Shown here: positions 29,447 to 39,507 of the stretch, piece after piece
Numbering within the stretch: the stretch's first letter is position 1
Layout of the letters: every line of letters begins with the position of its first letter
Assembly: GCA_963828155.1 (NCBI GenBank)
Contig: CAWHDQ010000001.1
Coordinates: 643,684 to 707,683 of the forward strand
Source: an uncultured Planctomycetaceae bacterium
GTDB lineage: Bacteria > Planctomycetota > Planctomycetia > Pirellulales > PALSA-1355
Length of the DNA stretch: 64,000 bases
Reading direction: 5' to 3'
Notes under the pieces: generated by a model
What the model saw: the letters and a program-made list of their open reading frames with translations, nothing else
Databases searched by the model: none
What the model was told of the DNA's origin: nothing
Program-made: the position numbers and the translations under genes

Positions 29447-30391
29447 TCACGGAGACGGCACCGGTTTCATCGCCTGCCGCAGCTCGCGCGGGAGTGGGAA
29501 GTAGACCTCTTCCTCGCGTATCGAGCGTGACTCGACGCTGGCCGCGAAATTCCGTTTGAGAAAGTCGACGCACTCTTCGACCACCGACTCGGGGGCGCTT
29601 GCGCCCGCGGTGACCAGCACCGTGTCGTCGGCGGCGAACCAGGCGGGATCGATGTCGGCCGCCCCATCGACCAGATAGGCCCGGACGCCCGACTCGCCGG
29701 CCAGCTCGGCCAGCCGCTGACTGTTCGAGCTGTTTTGGCTGCCCAGTACCAGCACCACGTTGGCCTCGCGAGCCAAGAGCCGCACGGCCTCTTGCCGATT
29801 CTGGGTGGCGTAACAGATGTCTTCTTTCGGCGGGCCGACGATGTGCGGAAACCGCTCCTTCAGTCGGGCGATGATGCGGTTGGCGTCGTCGACCGAGAGC
29901 GTGGTCTGCGTCAGATACGCCAGCTTGCGGGTCGATAGCTCGAGCCGGTCGACGTCGTCGGCCGATTCGACCAGCACGATCGCCTCGGGCGCTTCGCCCA
30001 TCGTGCCGATCACTTCGTCGTGCCCGTCGTGCCCGATCAGCACGATCGTGTAGCCGTCTTTCGCGTAGCGGACCGCTTCCAGGTGGACCTTGGTCACCAG
30101 CGGGCAGGTGGCGTCGATCGTCTTCAGCCGCCGCTCCTGGGAGATGCTGCGAATTTCCGGCGAGACGCCGTGGGCCGAGTAAAGCAAGTGCGAGCCGGGC
30201 GGCACCTCGGTCAGGTGGTCGACGAACACGGCTCCCAGCTTGCGGAATCGCTCGACCACATACTTGTTGTGGACGATCTCGTGATAGACGTAGATCGGCG
30301 TGCCGAACAGCTGGATTGCCAGTTCCAGCGTCTCGATCGCCATGTTCACGCCGGCACAAAAGCCGCGCGGGCTCGCCAGAATCACTTTCAT
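29447..30391 (-). CDS. ispH: 4-hydroxy-3-methylbut-2-enyl diphosphate reductase
   Basis: The gene is intact, with an ATG at 30391. It reads MKVILASPRGFCAGVNMAIE...HGVSP...IDATCPLVTKVH...ICYATQNRQ...GSQNSSNS. The three Fe-S cysteines and the LytB/IspH motifs are present. Confidence 0.95.
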   Translation of the reverse strand: MKVILASPRGFCAGVNMAIETLELAIQLFGTPIYVYHEIVHNKYVVERFRKLGAVFVDHLTEVPPGSHLLYSAHGVSPEIRSISQERRLKTIDATCPLVTKVHLEAVRYAKDGYTIVLIGHDGHDEVIGTMGEAPEAIVLVESADDVDRLELSTRKLAYLTQTTLSVDDANRIIARLKERFPHIVGPPKEDICYATQNRQEAVRLLAREANVVLVLGSQNSSNSQRLAELAGESGVRAYLVDGAADIDPAWFAADDTVLVTAGASAPESVVEECVDFLKRNFAASVESRSIREEEVYFPLPRELRQAMKPVPSP

Positions 30392-30604
30392 CGGTTGCTT
30401 CGCCGCCCCGCGGGGCGGTGCTCGGGAACCGAACTGCCTTTGTAACGCTGCCAAAAACGCATCATAATGCACGGCACCCGGCTTGGACAGGCAAGCCGCG
30501 GGGGGCAAACTTCATCCTATATCCCTGCGCCGTCGGGCTGGACGCGCGAAAGTTCAGTCAGCGCGCGGCCCGGACTCGCGGAAACGAAATCTGAACGGCG
30601 GTGC

Positions 30605-31546
30605 ATGACCTCTTCCTCGTTTGCCACCGAGCTGGCGCGCTTCGGTCCCCGGCCGGCGGACCAGGCGCCCCCGTCGCTCGACGAAGCCCGGGCCTATTGC
30701 CGCCGGTTGGCCCGAACGCACTACGAGAATTTCAGCGTCGCCAGTCTGCTTTTACCCCGCGGGCTGCGGCAGCACTTCTACAACCTGTATGCGTATTGCC
30801 GCTGGTCGGACGATCTGGCCGACGAAACGGCCGGTCCCGAGCAGAGTTTGGAGCTGTTGGATTGGTGGGAAGGCCTGCTGCGGGCCTGCTACCAGGGCGA
30901 GGTCCGGCACCCGGTCTTCGTCGCCCTGGCCGAAACGATCCGCCAGTTCGCCATTCCCATCGATCCGCTGGCCGACCTGCTCGTGGCGTTTCGCCAGGAT
31001 CAGCGGGTGACGAGGTATCGGACATTTGCCGAGTTGCTCGAGTACTGCCGCTACTCGGCCAACCCGGTGGGCCGGCTGGTGCTGTACCTGGGCCGGGCTT
31101 GCGACGAACGCTCGGTCGCACTGTCGGACTCGATCTGCACGGGCTTGCAACTGGCCAACTTCTGGCAGGACGTGGCCCGCGATTGGGATCGGGGGCGGAT
31201 TTACCTGCCGCAAGAGGCGCTGCGGGCGGCGGGCTACGACGAGGCCCTGTTTGCCCGCCGCGAATTCAATCCGGCCTTTCGGGAGGTACTGGCGGCGGAA
31301 GTCGCGCGGGCCGAGGGCTATTTGCGGGCCGGACATGAACTCATCGAGCGCGTGCCGGCGGCGCTGCGGGTCGACGTGGCCCTATTCCAGGCCGGCGGAT
31401 TGGCGATCCTGGCAGCGATTCGCCGAATCGATTACAACGTCTGGGCATGCCGGCCCATCGTTTCCAAAGCGACCCAACTGCGACTACTGCTCCGCTCGTG
31501 GTGGAATCCCCAGTGGAACCGGCGACCGCTGGACCGACAGGCATGA
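30605..31546 (+). CDS. hpnC: squalene/phytoene synthase family protein, HpnC-type (hydroxysqualene synthase)
   Basis: The gene is intact. It carries ..THYENFSVASLLLP..YAYCRWSDDLADE...SANPVGRLVL...LANFWQDVARDWDRGRIYLP. It is followed by hpnD with an ATGA overlap and then a HpnE-like oxidoreductase. Confidence 0.8.
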   Translation: MTSSSFATELARFGPRPADQAPPSLDEARAYCRRLARTHYENFSVASLLLPRGLRQHFYNLYAYCRWSDDLADETAGPEQSLELLDWWEGLLRACYQGEVRHPVFVALAETIRQFAIPIDPLADLLVAFRQDQRVTRYRTFAELLEYCRYSANPVGRLVLYLGRACDERSVALSDSICTGLQLANFWQDVARDWDRGRIYLPQEALRAAGYDEALFARREFNPAFREVLAAEVARAEGYLRAGHELIERVPAALRVDVALFQAGGLAILAAIRRIDYNVWACRPIVSKATQLRLLLRSWWNPQWNRRPLDRQA

Positions 31547-32424
31547 TGCAACTCGCCGCCAGCTACAATCACTGCCGGCGCATGGCCCGGCGTTCGGCTT
31601 CGAGCTTTTACTATTCGTTCTGGCTGCTGCCCCGTGCGCAGCGGTCGGCGATGCACGCTCTATATGCCTTTTTGCGGCAGACCGACGACCTGGGCGACAG
31701 TGGCGAGCCCGTCGACGTGCGACGGACGAAGCTGGCCGACTGGCGACGCTCGCTCCAGCAGGCCCTGGCCGGCCGGTTCGACGACCCGCTCTGGCCGGCA
31801 TTGGTCGACGCGGTCGAGCGATTCCGCATTCCGCCCGAATACCTGTTCGACGTGATCGACGGCGTCGAGATGGATCTGGTCCGCTCGCGCTGGGGCACAT
31901 TCGCCGAACTGACCGACTACTGCGAGCACGTGGCTTCGGCCGTGGGGCTGGCTTGCATCCACATCTGGGGCTTCCGCGACGTGGCCGCGCTCGAGCCGGC
32001 CCGACTGTGCGGCATCGCCTTTCAATTGACCAACATCCTCCGCGACCTGAAGGAGGACGCCGAGCGCGACCGGGTCTACTTGCCGCAGGAAGATCTGGAC
32101 CGCTTCGGGTATTCGGTGGCTGACCTGCAGCGCGGGGTCCGCGATCAACGATTCCACGCCCTGATGAAGTTCGAGATCGAGCGGGCCGAGCAGCTCTATC
32201 GGCGGGCCGCCGACTTGGATCGCTGGCTTGAGCCGGCCGGCCGTCGCATCTTTGCCGCGATGCTCGCCACCTACTCGGCGCTCCTGGACGAGATCAAACG
32301 CCGCGACGGCGACGTGCTCTCGTCGCGCGTGCGGCTGCGCTGGTGGCGCAAATTGCAGCTCACCGGGCGGGGATTGATCCATCGCCGTCCGGCGTCGCTC
32401 CCCGCCGAGGCCCTGGCGAAATGA
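31543..32424 (+). CDS. hpnD: squalene/phytoene synthase family protein, HpnD-type (presqualene diphosphate synthase)
   Basis: The gene is intact. The ATG at 31543 overlaps the hpnC stop (ATGA). It carries SFYYSFWLLP..YAFLRQTDDLGD...ASAVGL...QLTNILRDLKEDAERDRVYLP. Confidence 0.8.
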   Translation: MMQLAASYNHCRRMARRSASSFYYSFWLLPRAQRSAMHALYAFLRQTDDLGDSGEPVDVRRTKLADWRRSLQQALAGRFDDPLWPALVDAVERFRIPPEYLFDVIDGVEMDLVRSRWGTFAELTDYCEHVASAVGLACIHIWGFRDVAALEPARLCGIAFQLTNILRDLKEDAERDRVYLPQEDLDRFGYSVADLQRGVRDQRFHALMKFEIERAEQLYRRAADLDRWLEPAGRRIFAAMLATYSALLDEIKRRDGDVLSSRVRLRWWRKLQLTGRGLIHRRPASLPAEALAK

Positions 32425-33881
32425 CCGCGGCCCGCGGCTCCATCGCTCCCGAGCCGCTCCAAAATGCGCTCGCCGAACTTGCGCCGACGCGCCGCGCGTC
32501 GCCGTGATCGGCGGCGGGCTGGCCGGCATGGCCGCGGCCGTGGCCCTGCGAACCGCCGGTGTGCGCGTGTCGCTACTTGAAACACGCCGTTATTTGGGGG
32601 GCCGGGCGGCTTCGTTTCGCGATCCCGACTCCGGCGACTGGGTCGATCTGTGTCAGCATGTCAGCCTGGGTTGCTGCACGAATCTGGCCCACTTCTGCCG
32701 CACGACCGGGATCGAGCCGCTGTTTCGCCGCGAGCGGGTATTGCATTTCTTCGCCGCCGGCCGCCAGTTCGAGTTTGGTGCCCTGCCCGGCTTGCCGGCT
32801 CCGCTGCACCTGGCGTGGGCCTTCTGGCGGCAGTCGTACCTTTCCGCCGGCGATCGGTGGCGGATCGGCCAGGCATTGTGGAAGCTGGCTCGAATGCCTG
32901 CCGCGGTTGCCGAGCGGGAAGGAACGGTCGGCCGCTGGCTGGCGACCGTGGGGCAAACGCCGGCGGCGATCGAGCAATTCTGGTCCGTGGTGCTGATCAG
33001 CGCGCTGGGCGAATCGCTCGACCGGGCGAGCCTGGCGGCCGCGCGGAAGGTGTTTGTCGATGGATTCATGGCGGCCCGCCGGGCGTTCGAATTGGCGGTG
33101 CCCAAGGTGCCGCTCACCGAGATTTACGACCTGGCCTTGCGCCGCTGGTTTGCTGCGCACCAGGTCGATCTGCGGACCGGCTGCGGGTTGACCGAAGTCG
33201 AACTGGGCGAATCAAACCAGCTCCGCACGACGACGACAACCGGCGATGCCAAGCCGTGGGATGCGGTCGTCCTGGCCGTCACCTGGCGGCAGATCGGCTC
33301 GCTCATCGGTCCGGGGCTTAAGGCCCAACTCCCCTGGATCGAGCGGCCCGTGCAGCTCGAGTCGTCGCCGATCAGCAGCGTCCATCTCTGGTTCGACCGG
33401 CCGATCGCCACGGTCGAGCATGCCGTGCTCGTCGGACGGACCAGCCAATGGGTCTTTCAGCGCAGCACGCCGGGTGGTTCCGACGCCGCGAGTCGTTATT
33501 ACCAGGTGGTGATTAGCGCCTTGCGCGAGCTGGACGAAATCGGCCGGGAGCAAACGATTCAAACCGTGATCGAGGACCTCCGGGCCGTCTTTCCGGCGGC
33601 CCGCCGGCGCAACTGCAGCGGGCGCGAGTTGTTACCGACCCGCATGCCGTCTTTTCGGTCAGTCCGGGCAGCGATGAACTCCGGCCGGCACAGAGGACCA
33701 GCGTGCCGGGCTTTGCCCTGGCGGGCGATTGGACGGCCACCGGCTGGCCGGCCACGATGGAAGGCGCCGTGCGCAGCGGCTATCTGGCGGCCGAAGCGGT
33801 GCTCGGCGACCTGAACCGGCCGCGCGGCTCCTGCAGCCCGATTTGCGGCGGGGGATGCTGGCCCGCTGGATTATTCGCTAA
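32421..33881 (+). CDS. hpnE: FAD-dependent amine-oxidase-family oxidoreductase, HpnE-type (hydroxysqualene oxidoreductase), about 3 frame disruptions
   Basis: The ATG at 32421 overlaps the hpnD stop (ATGA). MTAARGSIAPEPLQNALAELAPT.. joins RVAVIGGGLAGMAAAVAL..LLETRRYLGGRA (dinucleotide fold). Further on come ..VVTDPHAVFSVSPGSDELRP..PGFALAGDWTATGWPATMEGAVRSGYLAAEAVL and the tail ..LLQPDLRRGMLARWIIR with a stop at 33881. The junctions are at about 32490, 33600 and 33825. Confidence 0.75.
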
Positions 33882-34105
33882 GCGGGGTCTCCCCCATCTC
33901 CGCCTGCGGCCGGACGGAGAGGAATGCTAAAGCGGACTGGCGCCACCGGCGCAATCGCCCAGCAGGAAATGCAGACGTACCCAAACTTGCCCAGCAAGAT
34001 TAGCCAGGGGTCCCTGGGGACAATATCAAAGATTCCAAGCCAGCACCAAATTCCGACCGCCAAGCAAATTGCAACGTTCAGATAGCCGAGAAATCTGATG
34101 AACAT
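33878..34105 (-). CDS. small hypothetical membrane protein
   Basis: MFIRFLGYLNVAICLAVGIWCWLGIFDIVPRDPWLILLGKFGYVCISCWAIAP.. has two hydrophobic helices. The evidence is weak because no homology is recognised. Confidence 0.35.
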   Translation of the reverse strand: MFIRFLGYLNVAICLAVGIWCWLGIFDIVPRDPWLILLGKFGYVCISCWAIAPVAPVRFSIPLRPAAGGDGGDPA

Positions 34106-34160
34106 GCCAGGAGTATAGCCGACGTCGCGGCGCGGAGAAACCGCCTGCGGTGCCACCAAA

Positions 34161-35339
34161 CTAGGCCGCGTTGCGTCGCTGCTCGGCCTTCCGCTCGCGC
34201 TTCAATCGCTTGCGTTCGGCCCGCGTCAGGCCCTGGTTGGTGGAATTATCGTCGTCCGCGTCATTCTCGTCGTCGTCCGAGCTGGACGACGGATCCCGCG
34301 CCGCAGCCGAGGCTGACGACTTGACGAACCCGGCCAACGGAGGTCGCGCTGCAGCCGGCTTTGCCGCCGTCTCCGCGGCCGGTTGCGGGGCGATCACCGG
34401 CGGGTCGAGATCGGTCCGGGCCGGCGTTGCGCTCTTGGTGGCTTCGCCGGTCTCGTCTCCGGCGTCGTCACCGCGCTTGCGCCGCCGGCGGGCCGTGCCA
34501 GCCTCCGCCTTGTCACGGGCCGGCAACAGGCCGTGGGCGTCGAGCAGCACGTAGCGTGCGTACGTCCCGTGTGCCGCCAGAATGGTCAACTGGCCAAGCA
34601 GCTTCAGGCCCACGAACAGCATGACGTTCAGGCTCGGATCGTCCAACTGCCAGAGTCCGGCGCCGAAACGGGCAGCCAGCCAGGTCAGGGCTCCCAGCCA
34701 GCCCAGGATCAGCGCCTCGCGCGAGCGACGCAGTTCAAAGCTGAAGCGCACCATGCACACCACCGCCAGCGCTGCGCACAACCCTGGCCAGACCCAGGCC
34801 GCACCGATCCCGGCCCGGCTGGCCGCCAGGTCGACCACTTCGCGAACCAGGTCGTCTACGTCGGCGGTTTGGTTGACCGCCAGCAGCAGAAAGCCAACGG
34901 CCGCCCAGATCCACATCCGGTAACGGCCGCGGACGTCGTCGATGCGGTGCCGCCGGAGCGTGTAAATCAAAACTGCCGCGGCCGCGGTCAGCGACAAGAG
35001 CAGCGAGGAAAACCAGGCGGCAAAGCTACCCCGGTTGGCCAGATCGAATACGCCCAGCGATTGGCGCACGACGTGCACCGCGAGTGCATCAAGGTGGTTA
35101 TACAGCACCTCCACCGCCGCCAGCACGATCAAACCCAGCAGGTAGGCGGCGACAAACGTGCGATAGCGGGTCGGAATCAGGTCGGTCAGCCGGGGCTGCT
35201 GATCGCGGCGGGCATGCGAGGTATACGTCTCGGTCGGACCCGACGAGCGCTTGGAGCTGGCAGGCGTCGGGCGCGCGGCCGCTTCGGTCGCGGCTTCGTC
35301 GGACAGCAGGCGGCGGCGGCGTTGGTGGCCGAGGTGCAT
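34161..35339 (-). CDS. hypothetical multi-pass membrane protein with charged, low-complexity C-terminus
   Basis: An ATG at 35339 lies within ORF 34161..35447. The body has about 7 hydrophobic segments. The tail is acidic then basic (..SSSSDDDENDADDDNS..RAERKRLKRERKAEQRR). Confidence 0.6.
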   Translation of the reverse strand: MHLGHQRRRRLLSDEAATEAAARPTPASSKRSSGPTETYTSHARRDQQPRLTDLIPTRYRTFVAAYLLGLIVLAAVEVLYNHLDALAVHVVRQSLGVFDLANRGSFAAWFSSLLLSLTAAAAVLIYTLRRHRIDDVRGRYRMWIWAAVGFLLLAVNQTADVDDLVREVVDLAASRAGIGAAWVWPGLCAALAVVCMVRFSFELRRSREALILGWLGALTWLAARFGAGLWQLDDPSLNVMLFVGLKLLGQLTILAAHGTYARYVLLDAHGLLPARDKAEAGTARRRRKRGDDAGDETGEATKSATPARTDLDPPVIAPQPAAETAAKPAAARPPLAGFVKSSASAAARDPSSSSDDDENDADDDNSTNQGLTRAERKRLKRERKAEQRRNAA

Positions 35340-35762
35340 GGGACGGGTGCGGCGAGGGCGGCAATAGGGTGGCGGACCGGCGCGAGGGGGGATTGCCGGC
35401 CAGGCGGGCAGGCGCGGTCGAGCGCCCATGTGTATCGATTTCGGCATTCTTACCGCCGGGACTCAAAGCGCAGATTTCGCCGGTCGCGCGGGGCCGCCAC
35501 CTGGCTCAGCCGCGACCGCGCCGGGCCCTGCCAACGAGCCGCGCAATCGGGAAACTCAACCCGATTTGCCATCGGCGTGCCGCCCCTGCAACCGGCATGG
35601 GTTGCCTCGTCGCTACCTTTGACTATCGCCGGTCCTGACCTACCCTTGGGCATAGATATTCGCGCGACCGCGTCCCGGCCAAAAGGGGCCCGCCGGCGGC
35701 GCGGTCGTTGACCATGCGCCCGCGCCGGCGTTCGAACGGCAGGCCACGGCCGGTCCGTCGGC

Positions 35763-38039
35763 ATGTGGCGTCAACCTTTGGGAAAGACACCTGGAATGGA
35801 AACAACGGACTCGCCGAGCCCGGTGCCCTGCGCGGTTCCCCCGGGGGCCGACGTGGACCAGCAGGTTCGCCAGATCGACTCGCTATTGAGCGCGCTCGAT
35901 GGTCCGGCTCCGGCCGATCTGCGCTTGGCCGAGGATTTCGAGAACCATCTGGCCGAAGTGCGGCTGGGAGTCGCCGGCAGCCTGTTCACCGCGCTCCGTT
36001 GCAAGCATGCCCCCACCGCGGCCCATTCGCTGCGGGTGGCGCTCCGCTGCTCGTCGTGGGCCTTGGCGCTGGAGATGAGCGACGAGGAGTGCAGCGAGCT
36101 GGAAGTGTCGGCCCTGCTGCACGACATCGGCAAGATCTCGGTTCCGGACGCCATTCTGGCCAAGCCCGAGCCGCTGTTGCCCGAAGAGCTGATGCTCATG
36201 GACCGGCAGCGGCAAGCGGGGCTGAAGATTCTGGGCGGCTGCTGTTCGTCGCCCGCGATCATGGAAATCGTCCGGCATTTGCCGGCCTGGTACGACGGCA
36301 GCCGGCCGAATTATCCGCTGCGGGGCCGCGAGATTCCGCTCGGGGCCCGGCTGCTGGCGATCGTCGACGCCTACGACTCGATGACCACCGACCAGGTTTA
36401 CCGCAGCGCCCTGTCGCGCGACCGGGCGTTGGCCGAGCTGTTCGCGGGTGCCGGAGTGCAGTTCGATCCCGACCTGGTCATTCTGTTCGGCGAGTTACAA
36501 CAATCCGAGGCTTGGGACAATCAGGTTGCCGCCCGCTGGCTGCAGGAACTGAAACCCACGGATACCGAAGGCATCTGGCAGCGGATGGCAACCGGCGACG
36601 AACCGAGTGCTTCGTCGGCCGACGGCCTGTTTCAGCGGAAACTGTTGGACAACATGCACGACGCCGTGGTGTTCGTCGACCGGACCGGCCGGATCATGAC
36701 CTGGAACCGGGGCGCCGAACGGCTGACGGGCATTGCCGCGGCCGCGGTTCGTCAGCAGTCGTGGCTGCCCCGGCTGGTCGGCCTGCGCGACGAGCGCGGA
36801 TCGACGATCGCCGACCTCGATTGCCCGATCATGCAAGCGATCGAAAGTGGGATCCAGTCGCTGCGGCGGTTCATCATTCGCGGCCGCAACGAACGGCCGG
36901 TCGCGGTCGATATCCACGTTATGCCGGTGCTCGGCAGCGACGGCGTGTCGCACGGCGCGGCAATTACGCTGCACGACGCCTCGCCCGAGGCCTCGCTGGA
37001 GAAGCGCTGCCAGAGCTTGCACGAGCGGGCGACCAAGGACCCATTGACGCAGGTGGCCAATCGGTCCGAGTTCGACAATACGCACAAGCGGTTCGTCGAA
37101 GCCCATCTCGATGCGCCGCTTGCCCTGCAGCCTGATCATCTGCGACATCGATCGCTTCAAGCAGATCAACGACAACTTCGGCCACCAGGCCGGCGACGAA
37201 GCGCTCAAGAGCTTTGCCCAACTGCTCAAGAGCTGCTGCCGGCCCGGCGATCTGGTGGCCCGCTACGGCGGCGAGGAGTTCGTGATCCTCTGCGCCGACT
37301 GCAATATCTCCGCCGGGTGCCAGCGGGCCGAAGAAATGCGGCACGCAATCAGCACGCTGCCGCTGCCGGCCCTGGGCGGCAACTCGATCACGGCCAGCTT
37401 CGGCGTCACCTCGATCCAGGCCGGCGATACGACCGAGACCATGCTCCGCCGCGCCGATCGAGCCCTGCTCGAGGCCAAGCAGCGCGGCCGCAACCGCGTC
37501 GTGCAGCTGGGGTCGGGCAGCGACGATGCCGAGCCGCAGCCCGAGCGGCGGTCGTGGTTCGGTCGCCGCCCCAAGCCCAGCCTGGTCCTGGAGAAATGGC
37601 TCGTCACCGCGGTGCCGCTGAAAATGGCCGTGGAGAAGATTCGCGGCTTCGTGGTCGACAACCATGCCGACATCACGTCCCTCGAAGCGGCGAGCGGATC
37701 GTGCTGGAGATCGACTCGCGCCGCTCCGGGCTGCTCAAACGCGGCAACGACCGGCCGGTGCCGTTTACGATCGAATTGCGGTTCACCGAGGAGCTGGCTG
37801 AAAAGTCGGCCCGCGAATCGCAGGCCGGCGGCCGGCATTGCCGAACCCGAGTCTACGTCGCGATCCGGCCCCAACGCGACCGCGACCGGCGGCGCGACAA
37901 TATTGCCGAGGCGGCCCGGCAGGTTGCCGTCAGCATCAAGTCGTACCTGATGGCCAGCGAAGAGGCGGCCGCCGCCCACGAAGGCGGCGACTCGCTGCGG
38001 CGCGCCACCAACGTGTTGATTCCCTGGCTGCGGAAGTAG
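35763..38039 (+). CDS. HD-(GYP-like) + PAS + GGDEF diguanylate cyclase with an uncharacterised C-terminal domain, two frame disruptions
   Basis: The HD domain reads AHSLRVA..SALLHDIGKISVPD..IVDAYDSMTTDQVYR. The PAS domain reads LLDNMHDAVVFVDRTGRIMTWNRGAERLTG. The GGDEF domain lies in ORF 37111..37950 (CDIDRFKQINDNFGHQAGDEAL...RPGDLVARYGGEEFVILC). The C-terminal ~170 aa return to the frame of ORF 35763..38039 (..ERIVLEIDSRRSGLLKRGNDRPVPFTIELRF..). The junctions are at about 37110 and 37690. An alternative start is the ATG at 35796. Confidence 0.85.
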   Translation: MWRQPLGKTPGMETTDSPSPVPCAVPPGADVDQQVRQIDSLLSALDGPAPADLRLAEDFENHLAEVRLGVAGSLFTALRCKHAPTAAHSLRVALRCSSWALALEMSDEECSELEVSALLHDIGKISVPDAILAKPEPLLPEELMLMDRQRQAGLKILGGCCSSPAIMEIVRHLPAWYDGSRPNYPLRGREIPLGARLLAIVDAYDSMTTDQVYRSALSRDRALAELFAGAGVQFDPDLVILFGELQQSEAWDNQVAARWLQELKPTDTEGIWQRMATGDEPSASSADGLFQRKLLDNMHDAVVFVDRTGRIMTWNRGAERLTGIAAAAVRQQSWLPRLVGLRDERGSTIADLDCPIMQAIESGIQSLRRFIIRGRNERPVAVDIHVMPVLGSDGVSHGAAITLHDASPEASLEKRCQSLHERATKDPLTQVANRSEFDNTHKRFVEAHLDAPLALQPDHLRHRSLQADQRQLRPPGRRRSAQELCPTAQELLPARRSGGPLRRRGVRDPLRRLQYLRRVPAGRRNAARNQHAAAAGPGRQLDHGQLRRHLDPGRRYDRDHAPPRRSSPARGQAARPQPRRAAGVGQRRCRAAARAAVVVRSPPQAQPGPGEMARHRGAAENGRGEDSRLRGRQPCRHHVPRSGERIVLEIDSRRSGLLKRGNDRPVPFTIELRFTEELAEKSARESQAGGRHCRTRVYVAIRPQRDRDRRRDNIAEAARQVAVSIKSYLMASEEAAAAHEGGDSLRRATNVLIPWLRK

Positions 38040-38260
38040 CCCGGCCCCCAGTGCGGCCACGCGTCCGCTGTGACGCGCGGGCGTCCGCCGCCTGCGGCCA
38101 GGTTTGCCAGGGCCGCGGCTCCGCTCGAATCCCGGCATCCCTGCCGGGCGCCTGCCGGCGTTTCTCGTCGGCACCGGAAGTGGGGCGCGCCACCGCGCGT
38201 CCGCCGCCGGCGTTCCGTCGGGGAGTGGAGTCGGCACGCTCGGCGGCCGGTGGCAGCGAT

Positions 38261-38289
38261 TTGCCAGTCCGGCCGGGTTCGGGTATGCT
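38261..38289 (+). promoter_or_regulatory. sigma70-like promoter candidate upstream of sodA
   Basis: The motif is TTGCCA (38261-38266), a 17-nt spacer, then TATGCT (38284-38289). It lies about 65 nt upstream of the sodA ATG, which itself has an AGGAGA SD at 38337-38342. This is a motif match only. Confidence 0.3.
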
Positions 38290-38352
38290 GCCGGCAGCGC
38301 TCGCGGACGAGCCCCCAAATCGCCCCGCCAAGAATTCAGGAGATAGCCGCCC

Positions 38353-38965
38353 ATGGCCTTCGAAGTCCCCCCCCTGCCGTACCCGTTCGACGCACTCGAG
38401 CCGCACATCGATGCCAAGACGATGGAAATCCATCACGACAAGCATCATGCGGCCTACGTCACGAATTTGAACAAGGCGCTCGAAGGGCACCGAGCTGGGA
38501 CATCAATCGATCGAGGCCTTGGTTGCCAAGATCGACAGCGTGCCTGAGAACATCCGCACCGTGGTTCGCAACAACGGGGGCGGCCACGCCAATCATTCGT
38601 TATTCTGGACGATCCTGGGCAAGGGCAAGGGTGGCGAGCCGACCGGCAAGCTGGCCGCCGCGATCAAGGAAGAGCTGGGCGGCTTTGAGGCTTTCAAGGC
38701 CGAGTTCGCCAAAGCGGCCACGACCCGCTTCGGCAGCGGCTGGGCCTGGCTGAGCGTCAACAAGAGCAAGAAGCTGGTCGTGGAGAGCACGCCGAACCAG
38801 GACAGTCCCTTGATGCACGGCCACACGCCGGTGATCGGGCTGGATGTCTGGGAGCATGCCTACTACTTGAAATATCAGAACCGCCGTCCCGACTACATCG
38901 CCGCCTGGTGGAGCGTGGTCGACTGGGACGCGGCCAACAAACGCTACGAAGCGGCCTTGAAATAG
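38353..38965 (+). CDS. sodA: superoxide dismutase, Mn-type, one frame disruption
   Basis: I joined ORFs 38353..38547 and 38519..38965, with the junction at about 38495. The sequence reads [29 protein letters not shown]...[11 protein letters not shown]...[32 protein letters not shown]. The NQDSP and [11 protein letters not shown] signatures match what I recall for E. coli SodA rather than SodB. Confidence 0.9.
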
Positions 38966-39507
38966 GCAGTTTGGCGAGGTAGGCGAGGGGCCGGGCCCGG
39001 CGTGGTTTGGCCCTCGCGGTTTGGCCCTCGCGTCTGGGGCCGGGGCGTTTTCAGCCCGCCCGCCCGCTGAGTTTCCTTGCGGCTCAGACGCTCTTGAGGC
39101 TGGAAACGCGAAATTTTTTCGCGAACCAATGGCGGCGAGCCGGCGTACGTAGTGACTAACTCTCCGTAGTTGCCGATGGGTCCGGGGTTCGTGCCCGCGG
39201 GACGCGCACTGGCGAGCCAGGGAAAGCCGCGGCATTTGCTGCCCGGCGGCTGGCTCGCTCCCCCCCATTCGGATCGCACCGATCGCGATGATCGTGTCGG
39301 CGCGCACTGCTGTGGTGCGCCGTTGTGGCCGGCTCGTGCTGGCGACCCCCCCCCGAGATTTGCCATTTTCCGGCTCCCTCACACCGGCCGCACGCGGTGT
39401 ACAACGCCGGACCTTTAATTAGAGTGAAATAGGGGCAGGACCTCACACCTCTCGGCAACTCGCCGACTTTCTCTCACCCGTTCAACGCGCATCTTCGGAG
39501 ATTCTCC

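Noticed and set aside
38966-39507. A direct repeat gtttggccctcgcg x2 and a cgcgaaa/tttttcgcg mini-palindrome downstream of sodA, as a possible terminator or sRNA.
   Set aside because: The stems are short and imperfect and lack a convincing U-tract. I could not build a stable, specific structure by eye.
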